From: Octopus sinensis
Lineage: Eukaryota
DNA length: 64,000 bases
Direction of reading: 5' to 3'
Assembly: GCF_006345805.1 (NCBI RefSeq)
Contig: NC_043005.1
Coordinates: forward strand, 102,238,001-102,302,000
The notes below the pieces were generated by a model, which searched no databases, was not told the DNA's origin, and saw nothing but the letters and a program-made list of their open reading frames with translations. Below, in pieces: positions 9,374 to 24,201 of the stretch. A program made the translations under genes and the position numbers. The first letter of the stretch is position 1; the number at the start of each line of letters is the position of its first letter.

Positions 9374-10150
9374 TTAATGCTAATTTTTGGCCTGCTATCG
9401 CCTGTGCTATTGATTCTGTTATTATCATTTTTAACATAGTTACATTGGATAATAATAGAATTAATGACACCTTCGCAAATTATATATATACATACACACA
9501 CATATATATATATATTTATTTATATGTATGTTTCTTTTCTCTCCCTCTTTTTACTAGTCTTCTATACATTTCATTATATTTTATACAGTTTCGGCATCTT
9601 AATTCTCAGTAAACTATTCTTGAAGTTTATAGTATTTTACTTCCAAACCTTTCTTTTGCCAACTTCTCAGTTATTCCTTCTTCCATTTTCTTCGCTTCTT
9701 TCTCGCAGATCATTTTCTGTTTTCACGATTATCATTCGATTCTTATCTTGTCTTCAAATTCATTACAACTTCTCTCATATTTCTTTCTTTACTTGTTATT
9801 TACCTTCCAATTAACATTCATTCATTACATATATTTTTTAGAATATATAGATTATTAAAGTCAGGATTGAGAAATGGTATATTCCATATACTAAATTCAC
9901 AGGGAAATCCGAAAAGACTTCGATGACTAATAATGGTTCTAGGTTATCTTCTTTTGAAATTACAAAGATCTTAAGAACTTGCCGCTCATGTCTGTTGCTT
10001 CCATTGTCGCATATGAATTTATACAAATCTTTCTCGCTTTCGCCATCACTCTCTGAATATGAAGGAGAAATTTACTTATTCCCTAAGGTATATACATCAA
10101 AACCTTCATGCTAAACTCATTAAATACACACACTCACACAGTATATATAC

Positions 10151-10195
<45 letters not shown>

Positions 10196-10209
10196 GGCAT
10201 ACATATATA

Positions 10210-10440
10210 TATTTCTTTACTACCCACAAGGGGCTAAACACAGAGGGGACAAACAAGGACAGACAAAGGGATTAAGTCGATTACATCAACCCAGTGCGAA
10301 ACTGGTACTTTATTTATCGACCCCGAGAGGATGAAAGGCAAAGTCGACCTCGGTGGAATTTGAACTCAGAACGTAACGACAGACGAAATACCGTTACGTA
10401 TTTCGCCCGGCGCGCTAACGTTTCTGCCAGCTCGCCGCCT
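10210..10440 (-). mobile_element. tRNA-derived SINE family 1, full copy
   Basis: Same family as 7784-8193, with the head aggcggcgagctggcagaaacgttag on the minus strand. Confidence 0.9.
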
Positions 10441-10719
10441 CATATGTATGTGTGTGTGTGTGTGTGTGTGGTGTGTGTGTGTGTGTGTGTGTGTGTGTAT
10501 TTATGTACACACACACATATATCTGTTACAGAAATACCTAGATGTAACATAAATGGGTTGAGGAAAACAATATGCGATTTAATAATAGTAAATTGCGAGC
10601 CCTCCTCTCTCAGATACCCAGTGCTCACATGCCGCAACAGCAACAACAGCAACAATAGTTTGGAGCAAATTGAGTGGTAATGGAGTAGGCAGACAAAATA
10701 GAAAAGTACGTGATCTGGG

Positions 10720-11360
10720 AATGTTCACATCACCAAGAAGGTCGCAATGTATAAGTGAATGGCTGGATGGATTCTGAGAACCTTCGGAACAGGGGACCAG
10801 GAGACTCTGCTGGTAATAGGAAAAACATTTCTACTCAATCATCTGAAGTACTACTATCAATTGTGGTCACACTGCAGTGTCAAATTTATAGCGGAACTTG
10901 AGGAAGATCAGCGGCGCTGTATCAGGAAGATTGCATCAATGAAATAGGTAAGCTACTGGGAGAGACTGAAAGAACTATGATTCTATTCCCTGGGGCGAAG
11001 ACAGGATATTTATGCAGCAATCTAGGGATGGAATATCCTGGAGGGGCTGGCACCAAACATCCAGAGCTATACTAACCCCCGAAATGGACGTCACTGTACT
11101 TTTCCAAATGTTCCATCTATCCAATTTAGAGTGAGGACCATGTACTGCAACAGCTCGGGATTCAAGGACTCACAGCTATTTAATTCCTTTCCAAAATATC
11201 CGAGGGATCTTTATGATGTACGGGTAGATGTTCTCAAGAAGCAAATTGATCTCCTTCTGTCTAAGGTATCAGAAACCGAAAAGAATTTACTGCAAGAATC
11301 TGAAAAGCAGGCAGCTATGTTGAACTCCCTTCATCACCAAAAGCCAATCGCATAAGAATG
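10720..11360 (+). pseudogene. Decayed CR1/L2-group LINE ORF2 C-terminal fragment
   Basis: Translates to AGWILRTF...SYWERLKEL..YSLGRRQ..NILEGLAPN with stops, resembling the post-RT region of CR1-group LINEs. Confidence 0.7.
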
Positions 11361-12351
11361 GCCACTGAAAAAACTGATGACAGTAGAAGTACTACATACA
11401 CATATACACACGCATACGTACTCACATAAAGAAACCTTTCTACATTTTGTTCTAGGGGTTCACTCAAATGATTTTTCTTTCGGTCGATCTCTATCCATAT
11501 AAAAATGTATGTCTTCCAGAACTTACACTAATATATATGTGTTGTTTGATTTGTCTTGCACAGTTCATAAGAATACATATCACACCATCATGTTCAATAT
11601 GTGTAGGCTGTATTGATTTTTTTAACCACGAGCAATGCAGACAGAATTACAGATCGTCGTCCAATGTAATTAATAACGGTCTAGAGAAGACATGTGACGG
11701 AAATGTTTGGATTGCATTTGGCACATTCAGCAGGTTACGTGGACTTTGATGTAGCTGTGTGTTTATTAGAATATAGTGAGGTTTAAGTGTAACAATATAT
11801 AACTGTGTTCATCTGCCAACATTCTGAGATGAATAGTAAGTCGAAATAAATGGGGATCATATAGTCTTCCTTTGCATACAAGAGATTGAGTTACTTCTAT
11901 ACTACAGATTTTAATCAAAATTTGCCTTTACAATTTGCAGTAATTCTTTTATCACTTGTACATGAAAAAAATAATAAACTGGTAATATCTATGTTAGAAT
12001 ATTTGGTCGATTTATTGTGTGCTGAGATATTTGCGTTATAAAATATAATTTCCTCCATTAACTTACATTTCGCAGGGAAGAATTCCATATTGCTAAAGAG
12101 AATATCTTGAAGACTAAAACATTGTTACAAAAACGGAATAAATGAAGGATGTATTTGGATGCTTTTATGCAGCACATTCACAATTATTTAATGTTGAGAA
12201 TTTCAGATAATAACCAACTAGATCCGTAAGAGAAGCAATCACATTGCACCGGCCTAATTTTCAAAAGCATCACACTAACATATGACACACGAACATCTGT
12301 TGTCCCTGTCGCTGTCTAGCTCCTTATCCGTCCCTTATAGAACATCCTCTG

Positions 12352-12439
<88 letters not shown>

Positions 12440-12544
12440 CATATATATGACATGTGACTGTATATAATATATATGTAAGTAGATTTATTCATAGGTGTAT
12501 CAATATATATATGCATGCATATATATATATATATATACATACGC

Positions 12545-12726
12545 CATGATAGATCGTTAGCTACTACACACATTTTTTCTCTCCTTGTTTTCTGTGTCCT
12601 TTTCTGTAGAAGAGCGTAGGCTCGAAACGTAAAATACTTTTTCTATTCCTGAACGTTATACTAATACATCTGTCTTATTTGTACACCACCTCTCTTCGTC
12701 TTTTGTTGTTTTTTTTCGTAAACTCT

Positions 12727-12732
<6 letters not shown>
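12545..12732 (+). mobile_element. Penelope-like tail fragment with degenerate minimal hammerhead (12600-12634)
   Basis: ttttCTGTAGAAGAGCgtagGCTCGAAACGTAaaa, then a T-rich region ending in (TA)n. Confidence 0.6.
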
Positions 12733-12769
<37 letters not shown>

Positions 12770-13413
12770 TCTAGTTGCTTAGCCAGCGGGGTGGCGTCAT
12801 TTGAAGGCTAAAACAATGCGAAGCGCATTGTGACCAGCGATGTGTGGCAACATCGGATAGCCTGGTCATTACGGTGACATATATGTATATATATATGTAT
12901 ATATATATATGTATGTATCTCTCTGTACATCTATCTATCTATTTATCTATCTATCTGCATGTGTGTGTATGTATGTGTATATATACACACATATATATGC
13001 ATAGGTGAAAATATATTAGGTAACTTTAATGATAAGTATAATGATATGAAGAACAAATAGCTACATATTTGACATATGGTTATACATTTGCTCGGTAGAT
13101 AGGCATTCCAGTAAAATACGGCATTCTAGCACACATACATGCAGACACACACATGCGCGCGCACAAATAGGCGTGCAGCAGTGCGTGCAGACACAAACAC
13201 ATACACATATTTCACTCCAAAAGATTTTCATGAAATAACAAAATTGCGTAAGTCTAGAGAGAATTCGTTTCAATATATATATTTATGTGATACATGATAT
13301 GTAATTATATAGATACACACACACACACACGTTTATATACATACATATATATAAATATGATGCATCACTATGAATATATATAAAAATATATGTATCCACA
13401 CACACACACACAT

Positions 13414-13447
<34 letters not shown>

Positions 13448-13695
13448 TTACGTTCAGGAATATATATATGTATATATTTACTACGTAAATATTTAGGTAT
13501 ATATAAATGCATGTATATAGATTTTGTGTAGACACACACACACACACGCACATGTATATATAAAATACATATAAATGTATGTGTGTATATGTATTTATGC
13601 ATGCCTGTATGTATGTATATATGTACATTCGCATGTACACATATTTGTGCGTATGCATTTTGTTTCTAATATATATATGTATATATATATAAGTG

Positions 13696-13774
<79 letters not shown>

Positions 13775-15561
13775 TATACATATATGCATGTGTGTGTATG
13801 TATGTATATGAAGCCAGAATATATTAATCGAACTCTCTAAGAATACAGCCCAAGGGAAATTTCCTAAATGTTCTACTTTGCTTAAAGAATATTGACGCAA
13901 GAAAATATTCCAATTCTGGAATCGCCGCCATATCACTTTTCACTGCAACCACTGACGCATTTACCCTCGAGTGTGCTCTCTGGTTTACGCATCATACTTT
14001 TATCATCGCATATATATATATTATATACATATATATATTATATATATGCGGTGTGTGTGTAAACATATACATACATGTCCATATACACATATATATGAAT
14101 GCATGTATGAATAAATTAAGTACGTACCTATATGTGTATAGTTTTATAAATGTCGTTTCTTTTATTGTTTCATTCTTTCACATATCATCGTGTATTTCCC
14201 TTTTTTTTTCTTCTTTTCTGTTTCTCTTGTTTTCCTACATTTCATTATCAAATATATGTGAACTCACTCAGACGATGTTACCGATATAACGCAGACATGC
14301 TAATAAAGATTAATCAATAACTAAATGAATACATATTTTCGATTTGCCTCACTGTTTATTCGTTATATTTCTCTTTGTTGCTGTTGTTATTGTTATCATT
14401 GTTATCATCAGTATTATTAAGAATATTATAAAAATCTATTTTTTTCTACAGCTATCCTTGTGTTTTACTATTGTATTGTAATATATCTATATATTTCAAA
14501 ACCTATTTTTACATTTTGCTTTTCATATGGTATTATGCATGTATGCCATGATACTAGAAACAGGTTTTTCCAGTGGAATTTCTTGTAATTAACTTCTGTA
14601 TTTGAGACACACCATGTAAGTATGGATACATGAGGGACTTCTGCATCTCAGATCTTGCTTCCATCTTAGAATTCCTCGCAACTGAAGTGCAAAAGTCTCA
14701 TTTGAATTTCATGCATATTTATCCTAAGGAGACGTTGCCTACATTGGGAAACTATTATATTTAAAATACATCCCAAAGTGACCGTTCGCAATCACCAATT
14801 GACTGGTGATACAAAACTACATACATCTTACCCATGCGATTATCCAGCAAGGTTCACTTTACGCACTAATAAACACATATATTTCCAAACACGAAACATA
14901 CATAAAACCATTCATGTACACACATCGGTTGACCTATGCTTATACACATACGTAATGTGCTATAGACACACATAAAACTTTGGAACGGATATCCGCTCTT
15001 TTCTATTAGTCTGCCAAATACAATCTTTTTTTTTTACCCAATGTGCCTCTTTCTTGTCACCTTTTAGTTCATAGCATCTCAAACAAACAGAACGTAAATC
15101 CTCCTTTGTGCAATATTTTTCTTTCCATTCTCTCCATTTTCTTTACCTGTTTTCTTTCATGCAGGAAAAGCAATCCTAAACGTTGAACAGCTTTCGACGT
15201 TTCACCTTTCCTGCGTGAAACTAATACTATGACATTGCATTTCCGCTGTTCATTTGATTGTGTTGTCCTTAAATTCAATCGTTACACACACAAACACAGA
15301 CACTGACACAAACACACACACACATATGTGTGCACGCGTATGTATGTATGTATGTATGTATGTATGTATGTATGTATGTATGTATGTATGTATGTATGTA
15401 TGTATGCATGCATGTATGTACATATATATATAAATAGATATAAACGTAAGAGTATGTGTATGTCTTTTATTGAGTGTGTTTCCCTGTGTGTTAATATTGT
15501 ACGTGTGCATGATTTCAGTGTTTCTGTATGTATATAGATACGTGCATAAATACAGATATGC

Positions 15562-15604
<43 letters not shown>

Positions 15605-16365
15605 TTGAAGAGAATGCATGAAAAGAAAAATGTGAAAACGAGATGGAGAGAGCAGCGAGTAGAAAATGTAATTGAATGATTGGACGTCAGAAATATTTTT
15701 TGAAATATTCAATTCGGAGTTATAACCATCGGCGTAATCTCTCTCTCATCTCCTTATTCCATAAATGATCTCTCATCTTTCAATCATCTGGTCTTTGTTT
15801 CCATAGTAACTTTTCACGCATTTCTAAAACTAAGAGTGTTCATTAACGTAGCGATAAGAAGCAACACAATACCCTGTGTTCTCTTGAATGGTGGACAGAA
15901 TATCGAATCTGCCAAATCTAATTGTCCTTCGTGAACTTTCACTGCTGACACTGTAAGTTATCAGCCAAATCCCCTCCGAGTGATCAAATTGATTTACTCT
16001 TCAAAGATCAGTAGTGCTTCATCTTGAAATAAATATTGCTTCTGAAAAATCGTTGAAATAAACCCAACTGTCAAGTAATGTAGTCTTCCATATTGGTTAA
16101 ATGGAATAGAAATGATTGTGGCTAGAGATATTTAACAGAGAGAAAAAGCTACATAGTTACTTGTAGAAATTTTCATCTTCATTTCCCCCCTCAGCAAATG
16201 ATATATTAAATAATGCTACAAGTTCTTTTATAACAGTTCTGAATTGAAGAATACAAGACCTATCTTCCTCTCACTGTCAGTCTGTCTATGTATTTGTCTC
16301 TCTTCCTCTCTCTTTATATATATATATATATATATATGCGTGTGTGTGTCTCTATCTGTGTAATA

Positions 16366-17323
16366 TGTTAGTTAGTTAGTTAGTTAATTTGGCTCAAAAG
16401 CAAATAGCAAGGCCATGTAGGGGGACATGGAGTTAAGTACAGAGTGGTGTTCATGTAAAGAGTTCAAGCCACTTGAGGTCCAGGGAGGCTTTGAACAAAG
16501 CGGTCGTCGGCATCTTCACCATCTCTCCTTCGATTGAGATGAAATCGTCGCAGGTAGAGCTTTTCGGAATGACCCCACAGCCGACGCTCTGGAGCAGGAG
16601 TGAAGAACAGCTCTTTCGAGAGGTTACACTTTCCGCTTATGATGTTGTGGGCGAGAATGAGATCACCACGGCGGCGGCGTTTTTCAAGAGAATAAAGGTC
16701 GAGCGTCCTCAGCCTTTCTTCGTACGACAAATTTTTGAGACCATGAACCATGCGGGTAGCCAGCTTCTGGACTCTTTCGAGATGCTGTATGTCTTTGAGG
16801 AGATAAGGAGAAGAGGCTTGAATCCCATACTCCAGTATGGGTCTCACCAGCGTGACATAGAGTGGTAGGAATATGGCTGCTGTGAGCATTCCGAATGACC
16901 GTCGAATCAAGAACAGAATTCCGCGTGCTTTGTTGGCAGCATGGACGCACTGGGCGAAGGCGAAAAGGAGGAATCCACCAAGATACCCAGGTCCTTTACC
17001 TGATCGGTCCTCTCCAGCAGCAGACGACCCGGCTCGAAATCAAGTTGAGTTGCAGGAGTAGAGCCGACAGGTAGATGACAGCACTTTGACACGTTCAGAC
17101 ACAGGTCCCAATCGTTAGACCACTTCCAAATTTGGTGGAGGCATCGACGAAGATCGTCTATATTACCGCGAGGAGCGACCAGTTTGATATCGTTGGCAAA
17201 TAGAAGGGTGTATTGCGTGAGGTCGTCGGGCAAATCATTTATGAAGACTAAGAACAACAAGGGCCCAAGCACTGAACCTTGAGGCACGCCACTGCTTGCA
17301 CTGGAGACGTCGGACCGCGAACC
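16366..17323 (-). mobile_element. 5'-truncated CR1-group LINE: RT C-terminal half, 3' hairpin and (TAAC)n tail
   Basis: GVPQGSVLGPLLFLVFINDLP, LLFANDIKL and LERVQKLATRMV..LSYEERLRTLDLYSLEKRRRRGDLI. Minus-strand 3' hairpin ccatgt/acatgg and a taactaac tail. Confidence 0.9.
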
Positions 17324-17357
<34 letters not shown>

Positions 17358-18137
17358 AACATTATTGGTGAATTGAAGAAATGGAGCTGAACGCAGATTG
17401 AACAGAAATCGTTTTATTTCATTCTACACGTGTTTCGAAAGGCACAAATTACCAAAATCCGATTGAATAATGGGACCATATTGTGTCTTTCTCTTCAGGA
17501 AGAAAAAAGGAAATCCGTTGGAAAAACAAAAACAGAACAGAGGCGGAGCAAAAAACAAATCGAACTGTGCTCCTAAGAGCCCATGGCGAAACTGTTTATC
17601 AGTGTATGTTGAGAACCGGTGGCTGAAGAATTCAACGGGTCAGGCATCGGTCAATCATGTGGGTGAGGGTGTATAGATGTTCTTTGTGACCGAGAATAAA
17701 GTTCTGACTATTTAAGGAATATTGGATGTTTTATAAGGGGCGAGAAAAAATCTACTTAGAGACGTGTGTGTGTGTATACTGTTCTATATATGTGTGTGTT
17801 GGCGTAGGGGTAGAAAACATTTTTTGTGTACGTGTGTGCGTTTGATCGTTCGGCTGTCAGTGGCTACTGACGTGATAACCGTTGGGTGGCTGAAAGAAAA
17901 AAATATATATATATTATGTTTTATGTTTGTGTGTGTTCATCTAAGCCTGCCTTGTCAAGGAAACCCCCCGCTGTGAAAAAACCAAGCCCCGTTTGTCTTA
18001 CAGGAGTAATTAACGATTACTGCAAGTAATTAACGATTACCTACGATTAACCACTGCAAGGGGAATTACTCCTGTAAGACAAACGATTTCTGTTCAATCT
18101 GCGTTCAGCTCCATTTCTTCAATTCACCAATAATGTT
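17358..18137. mobile_element. 780-bp element with 57-bp inverted termini, carrying a hammerhead
   Basis: 17358-17414 is the reverse complement of 18081-18137. It starts directly after (TA)n. Confidence 0.82.
17412..17508 (-). ncRNA. Type I hammerhead ribozyme with intact core
   Basis: Minus strand: ttc-CTGAAGA-GAAAGACACAA..TTGTGCCTTTC-GAA-ACACGTGT-A-gaa. Stem II has 10/11 pairs, stem III is palindromic and the triplet is GUA. Confidence 0.8.
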
Positions 18138-18295
18138 TTAATTTCAATTATCCGCACCAACGCACGGTTGCAACGCCAGATGGTTGTACCTCCAACCGTG
18201 CTGTTTACTGCTGTGATTTTTGCTACTAAGGTATCGGTTAAACTTTTGATTAATCTACTACAAGATTATTCATCTTTCTATTTCACATAATATAT

Positions 18296-18327
<32 letters not shown>

Positions 18328-18415
18328 CATATACATACATATATACATATATATAGACATAAACAGACACACACACACGCTCACACACACACACACACCA
18401 CACACACACACACAC

Positions 18416-18446
<31 letters not shown>

Positions 18447-19121
18447 TATATATATATATATATACATAGAGAGATTAATAGATAGGCAGACAGATAGCTA
18501 GCTGATTGGAGAGATGGGGATTGGGATAGATAGTTAGAGAGAGAGAGAGAGAGAGAGAGACCGGCGCACAGACAGACCGACTGATATATATATATATATG
18601 TATATATATATTAGTTGTTGTATTTTCTCTTTGTGCTTTCATGTTTGGATTAACGATATATATATATAGTTATTTATTTGAGCAATTTTACTCATACACA
18701 CGCACATAGAATATTTCTCAACCGCTTTCGAAGATGAATATTCCACCAGTTTTGCATAATAAACTATAAATAGAGGATGTTTATTATATGTGGCTTAGCG
18801 TTTCACCCAATCATTGTAACATTAGAGTAATTCTCCACAAAAATTTGTGTAGCACAGCGTGCGCCAGGGCTGGCTTTTCTGACTTGTAAGTACACCCAGC
18901 CAACAAATTTGAACACAGTTTCACTGAAGGTAGAGAGGGATGAGTAATAAGGCCTGCTCACTAATGATTGTTATAAAAAATATCTTGTCCAATGTACGAC
19001 GTTGTATGACCAAACTAGGAACCTCATCATTGAAAAGTTAACTTCGTAACTACTTATTCAAAATCTGACATTTATACATACGTATGCACATATACACTCT
19101 GCATATCTAAAAGTATATATA

Positions 19122-19177
<56 letters not shown>

Positions 19178-19307
19178 GTATGTGTTCACATATTTATATG
19201 TACATATATAAACATATATATATATATACCTACATTTATATATCATAAATACTACACACACGCACACAGACACAGCCACAGACATTTATGTATGTATATA
19301 TATATAT

Positions 19308-19349
<42 letters not shown>

Positions 19350-21100
19350 ATTCAAAATACATGCATGCAAACTAAGGTAGAGTTTTAGAGAGAACAAACT
19401 ACTTTCAGTCCATAACCGAGGATTACCTTTTTGAACTTAAGAAGATGGCCAAAATAAAATAAACCATTAATAGTAATATTGTAGTTAAGGTGGTATCAAG
19501 TTTGCTTTCATATTCGTACAGTCAGCAACATAACTATCAATGAGACACGGTGGTGTTATAAACAACTACCATTCTATCCTCTCATATGTGCCCTTGCTGT
19601 CCATCGTAGAATCAATATTTTAATCAATCACATCGAATCAACCAGGTTCATACTAGTTCGTTCTATTAACAAAGCATTCGGTCGTTTCTGGCTCATTAAT
19701 CTCTCAGTATAGCCTTTCCTTCCTAACTCATCATTGTCACGTGTTTGAGAAATATTCTGTGAACATTGATATGACGAAAAATTCGGTTTTCTCTCATGCA
19801 TTCTTCCCCCTCATTCTCGTTACTTTCACGTTCTCCCACACCATAGCCGATGACCCCTCTGACCTTCACTATCTAAGAGTGATCAATATTAAATCGATAT
19901 ATTTCACATTAAACCTCCGCTGATTTCATAAACTGACACCTCAAAATCACTCTGTGGTGGGGTCGTGAGAATATCGTCTCTTGCACAAATACTCAGTAAC
20001 TAGATATCAAGGAAGCAATACCATATCCTACCTATTCAATCATCGCGGTTGCTACAAAATACTGTGTTACACCATAACGAGGCATCTTTTCAGCTCGAAT
20101 TCACATCCTCGACTGAGCAAACGCTGGAAAACAGTCTCGGAGCCACAGACTGATACATTCCCAAACGAATTCTAACCTTCTACAAACCTCAGGTGAGCCT
20201 CATAATGAAATAGTTGCTCTACATCTGGGAGGATCCTTTGAGATATGCAAAGAAAGAACACTTGGCATAGAAAACTCCTCTTTAACTCTGTTCCATTGAT
20301 GCCGTACCTACAGTCGTGGTTTTTGTCTATAGCTAATATGAAAGCAGCATTTAACATTCAATGCAATAAGCTCTACTTAACCACACACTACATGTTTAAG
20401 GTTGATGAATGACGAGTCAGTTGACATGCCTACGGAAAAAAAACAAAGGCAATTATCTTGACAGATTCACCACTTAAGTAGGATTGAAATATTTGTTGAT
20501 CTTACTTCAGGTGGTAAACTCAGTAAAGTATCAGACATGGGGATTTCCGGCACTTTAAGATTCTTGTTCAAACCATGCGGAAACCGAATTAATTTTTCGA
20601 CCTTCGAGGTCCTTAAAATAAAATCTAATCAAAGTCCATATAATCTACTGTATTTTTCAAAAGCAATAGGACTGCATAGGCTCGAACATCCGTTAAGGAT
20701 TACGTCAAGAAATCAACTGCATTTTTTTCATTTCAGTACGTGTGCTAAATAATAAAGGTATGATACATGTTCATTAAAACTGATTTAAAGCAGCACGTGA
20801 GATCATCTACATCTATTAACCAAAATATTCTGTTTCGAATTCGTCATTTCTATTTGCATTATTCTTGCTATTGGAGTCATGTGCGGAAGAGAGTTGTCTA
20901 TAATATAGAGTGAAATAACTATACAATGATGATGTCATAGCAGGGTATTTATTACAGCTGATGGACCGCTCCAATCTTCGTTGGATTCCCACAGTTTGGC
21001 GTTAATTTACTTCTATTGTGTCACATAAATCAGATGCGTGTTGGTACAGTTATCTTATTTTATCAACAAAAAACACAAAGTTTATCCCATTATCACTTGA

Positions 21101-21552
21101 ACACAGAACGTAAAAACGAAGAATAAATACCTATTTCTTTACTACCCACAAGGGGCTAAACACAGAGAGGACAAACAAGGACAGACAAACGGATTAAGTC
21201 AATTACATCGACCCCAGTGCGTAACTGGTAATAAATTTATCGACTCCGAAAGGATGAAAGGCAAAGTCGACCTCGGCAGAATTTGAACCCAGGACGTAAA
21301 GGCAGACGGAATATCTATTTCTATTTCTTTACTACCCATAAGGGGCTAAACACAGAGAGGACAAACAAGGACAGACAAACGGATTAAGTCGATTATATCG
21401 ACCCCAGTGCGTAACTGGTACTTAATTTATCGACCCGGAAAGAATAAAAGGTAAAGTGAACCTCGGCGGAATTTGAACTCAGAACGTAATGGCAAGCGAA
21501 ATACGGCTACGCATTTCGCCCGGCGTGCTAACGCTTCTGCCAACTCACCGAC
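21101..21552 (-). mobile_element. SINE family 1 chain (full copy, head-less copy and a stub)
   Basis: Junctions at 21131/21132 and 21315/21316. Confidence 0.87.
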
Positions 21553-24160
21553 TACTAAGAATAAATACCGTAATGTATTTTGTCCAATGCACTAATTATT
21601 CTGAAAAGTCTCTGCTAATAAATATTCACTCGCTGACAATGATGTGTTTAAACCTACAAAATCTGCAGAGGCAGGTGCCTAAAACCAAAGCTGTAGACCT
21701 CTCGGCTACTTTTACAAGCTTCTAACCAGATCTGGTTATCTCCATTAAATTCATCCGTATTCGTTTTCAACAAGATGTTTAAGCAAATGATTTTATAATT
21801 TTGAAGATCTGATTATGCCTGTCTCGTTCATTTATCGATTTTATTGATTAGCTCTATTGATTCAATTAATTTCTTCTGTAGTATCTGTCATTTAGTCTGG
21901 GAAATCGAAATATTTTTAGAATTTCTCTGTAAGTGTGGCTTTGGAGGAGACTTCGCTAATTTTCCACTCTAATATCTTTATTTTCACTTACTTAAATCAA
22001 TCTGCACTCGTTTCAATGAAAGACTTTATCTACTCACGTGTATTTGATTATGCATGTAGTGTTATACACACACACGTACATCGTACACACATATAGGAAC
22101 ACATATTCTCTGTACACTGACACTTCCCAACATAAACACTCTTTCCTATACACACACCTAATAAATATCTACGTTTATATTCGCATATACCCACGCGTAT
22201 GTCCCCACAGAAATGTACACATGTATAAGTGTGTGTTCATGTGAGTGTTTATAGATGATATTCATAGTTATGGACAATTTTGTTTCTTTTTTCTCATCTT
22301 ATTTATTTTTCTTCCTCATTTTCAAAGGACTTCCAGGAATAACCCTCATTTCTATTTGTGCTTACCGTAATGTATCAATTTAGGAATGCCAGTTCCTAAA
22401 CAACCCGCTAGGCATTATTGTCTATCTCTCTATCAAATTGTATTTCTTTCAGAACTCTAGGATACGCGACTATGCTGTGCTTTGTTGTCTCTGGCTTCTT
22501 TCCAACTCCCAAATCTCTTGCATTTTCAGAAACTGCGATGGGAGCTTTTGGTAGTTACTGCGCCTACTAGAATTAGCAAGCAGATGCATTTAAGATAGAG
22601 GCATGTATCTTAAATCAGGGAGACTAAATTGAGCTATTTTTTTATGCATTTTCAAAAGCATTTTTATTGTTGAAAAATGTAGCCAGAAAATTCAGTACCC
22701 GATATGTACGAAGTCTCAGCTGTTTCAAAGAGCAATGATACTGCTTTCGTAAATGTTCTTCTGTCTGTCTCTGTGTGTGTGTATGTATGTATGTATGTAT
22801 GTATGTATGTATGTATGTATGTATGTATGTATGTATGTATGTATGTATGTATGTATGTAGTATGTATGTATGTATGTATGTATGTATGTATGTATGCATG
22901 TATGTATGTATGTATGTATGTATGTATGACATTATATAAGATTTTGCTTGTATCTAACAACAATTTTCTATCGCACATTCTCCCTCAAATTTGACAGCAT
23001 CTAAATGATAGGATTTTCTTTATTATCAAACAGTATTTATCGATAGATTGAAACATGTTTGAATTGGCTGCGGCGTTGAATCGTATTCTCTTTTGCATGA
23101 ATTTATCGAAGTTCACATTGCCTTGCTATATTTCCACTAAATTACAAACATGAAATATTAGGGAGTAATGTTCCTTTACCTGCAGGATATTAATTGTCAT
23201 TAGGGCTGTGGAATAACGAGAAGTAATATTTAGTGCATTTTTAACGTCTTAGTTATATCCCTCATAACTATCAGAATTACATTTCTCTATTTTATCGATT
23301 ATACATCTCAAAGAGCATTTAGAATAGAGTCTCTACGGAAAACAAATAATTATAACAGGAGATTGCTAACGGAGTCTCTATAGTGTGGACACTCAGTTAG
23401 CCATAGCAGCCAAACGTCATCTCCAAGAAATTACATTGCAGCGTTTTTAGAAATTGAGACACAGAAACGTTGACTGATATCACAGTTATAGCATCAAAGA
23501 GTGTAAAATGCAATACACACTGCTTGAACAAACCAATTGTGCACATTTTCATCACGAATAACATTGGCGGATAGCTTAGCTATTTACGTCTGTGTTTCGG
23601 GCTCAAATCTTCCCGGGGTGTACTTCGTGAATTTGCGTACAAAAACATTATGTACTACGGCTGTAGTATCACAAATTTAATCACTAATATACCAATATAT
23701 TGATTTAGCCAGCTATATTACGGCACCATAAAACTTGTGTTTCCATTAAAATATATATCGTTCTTTAATGTTCAGATCAATGGAAGATGGCCAGCGTCCA
23801 TTGAGACTTCAAATCCCTTTGATCTCGACTAGAAAGACTTTGTATGTAAGGTTTGTTGAGAGTGGCAGGACGAGTGGTTAATGGTGACAGAGTAGGATTG
23901 ATCTGTTTACATAGATATAGCAACGAAAGGCGAGTAATATGGTCGATGATAGCGGAAAGCAGAATGAATAGCAGAATTAGAAAGGTAAATTCAGACAGAA
24001 AAGTATAGACAAATAGAGGACGAGAGCGGAAATTGGAGGTAGAGAGCGTGAGGGTTTATGAGTGGGCTTGTTAGATATGGATGAAGACATATAGTGAAAA
24101 ACAGACAAAAAGCAAACACGTCGTAGAGAATGAGAAATAGATAATGTGAGACGGAATACT

Positions 24161-24201
<41 letters not shown>

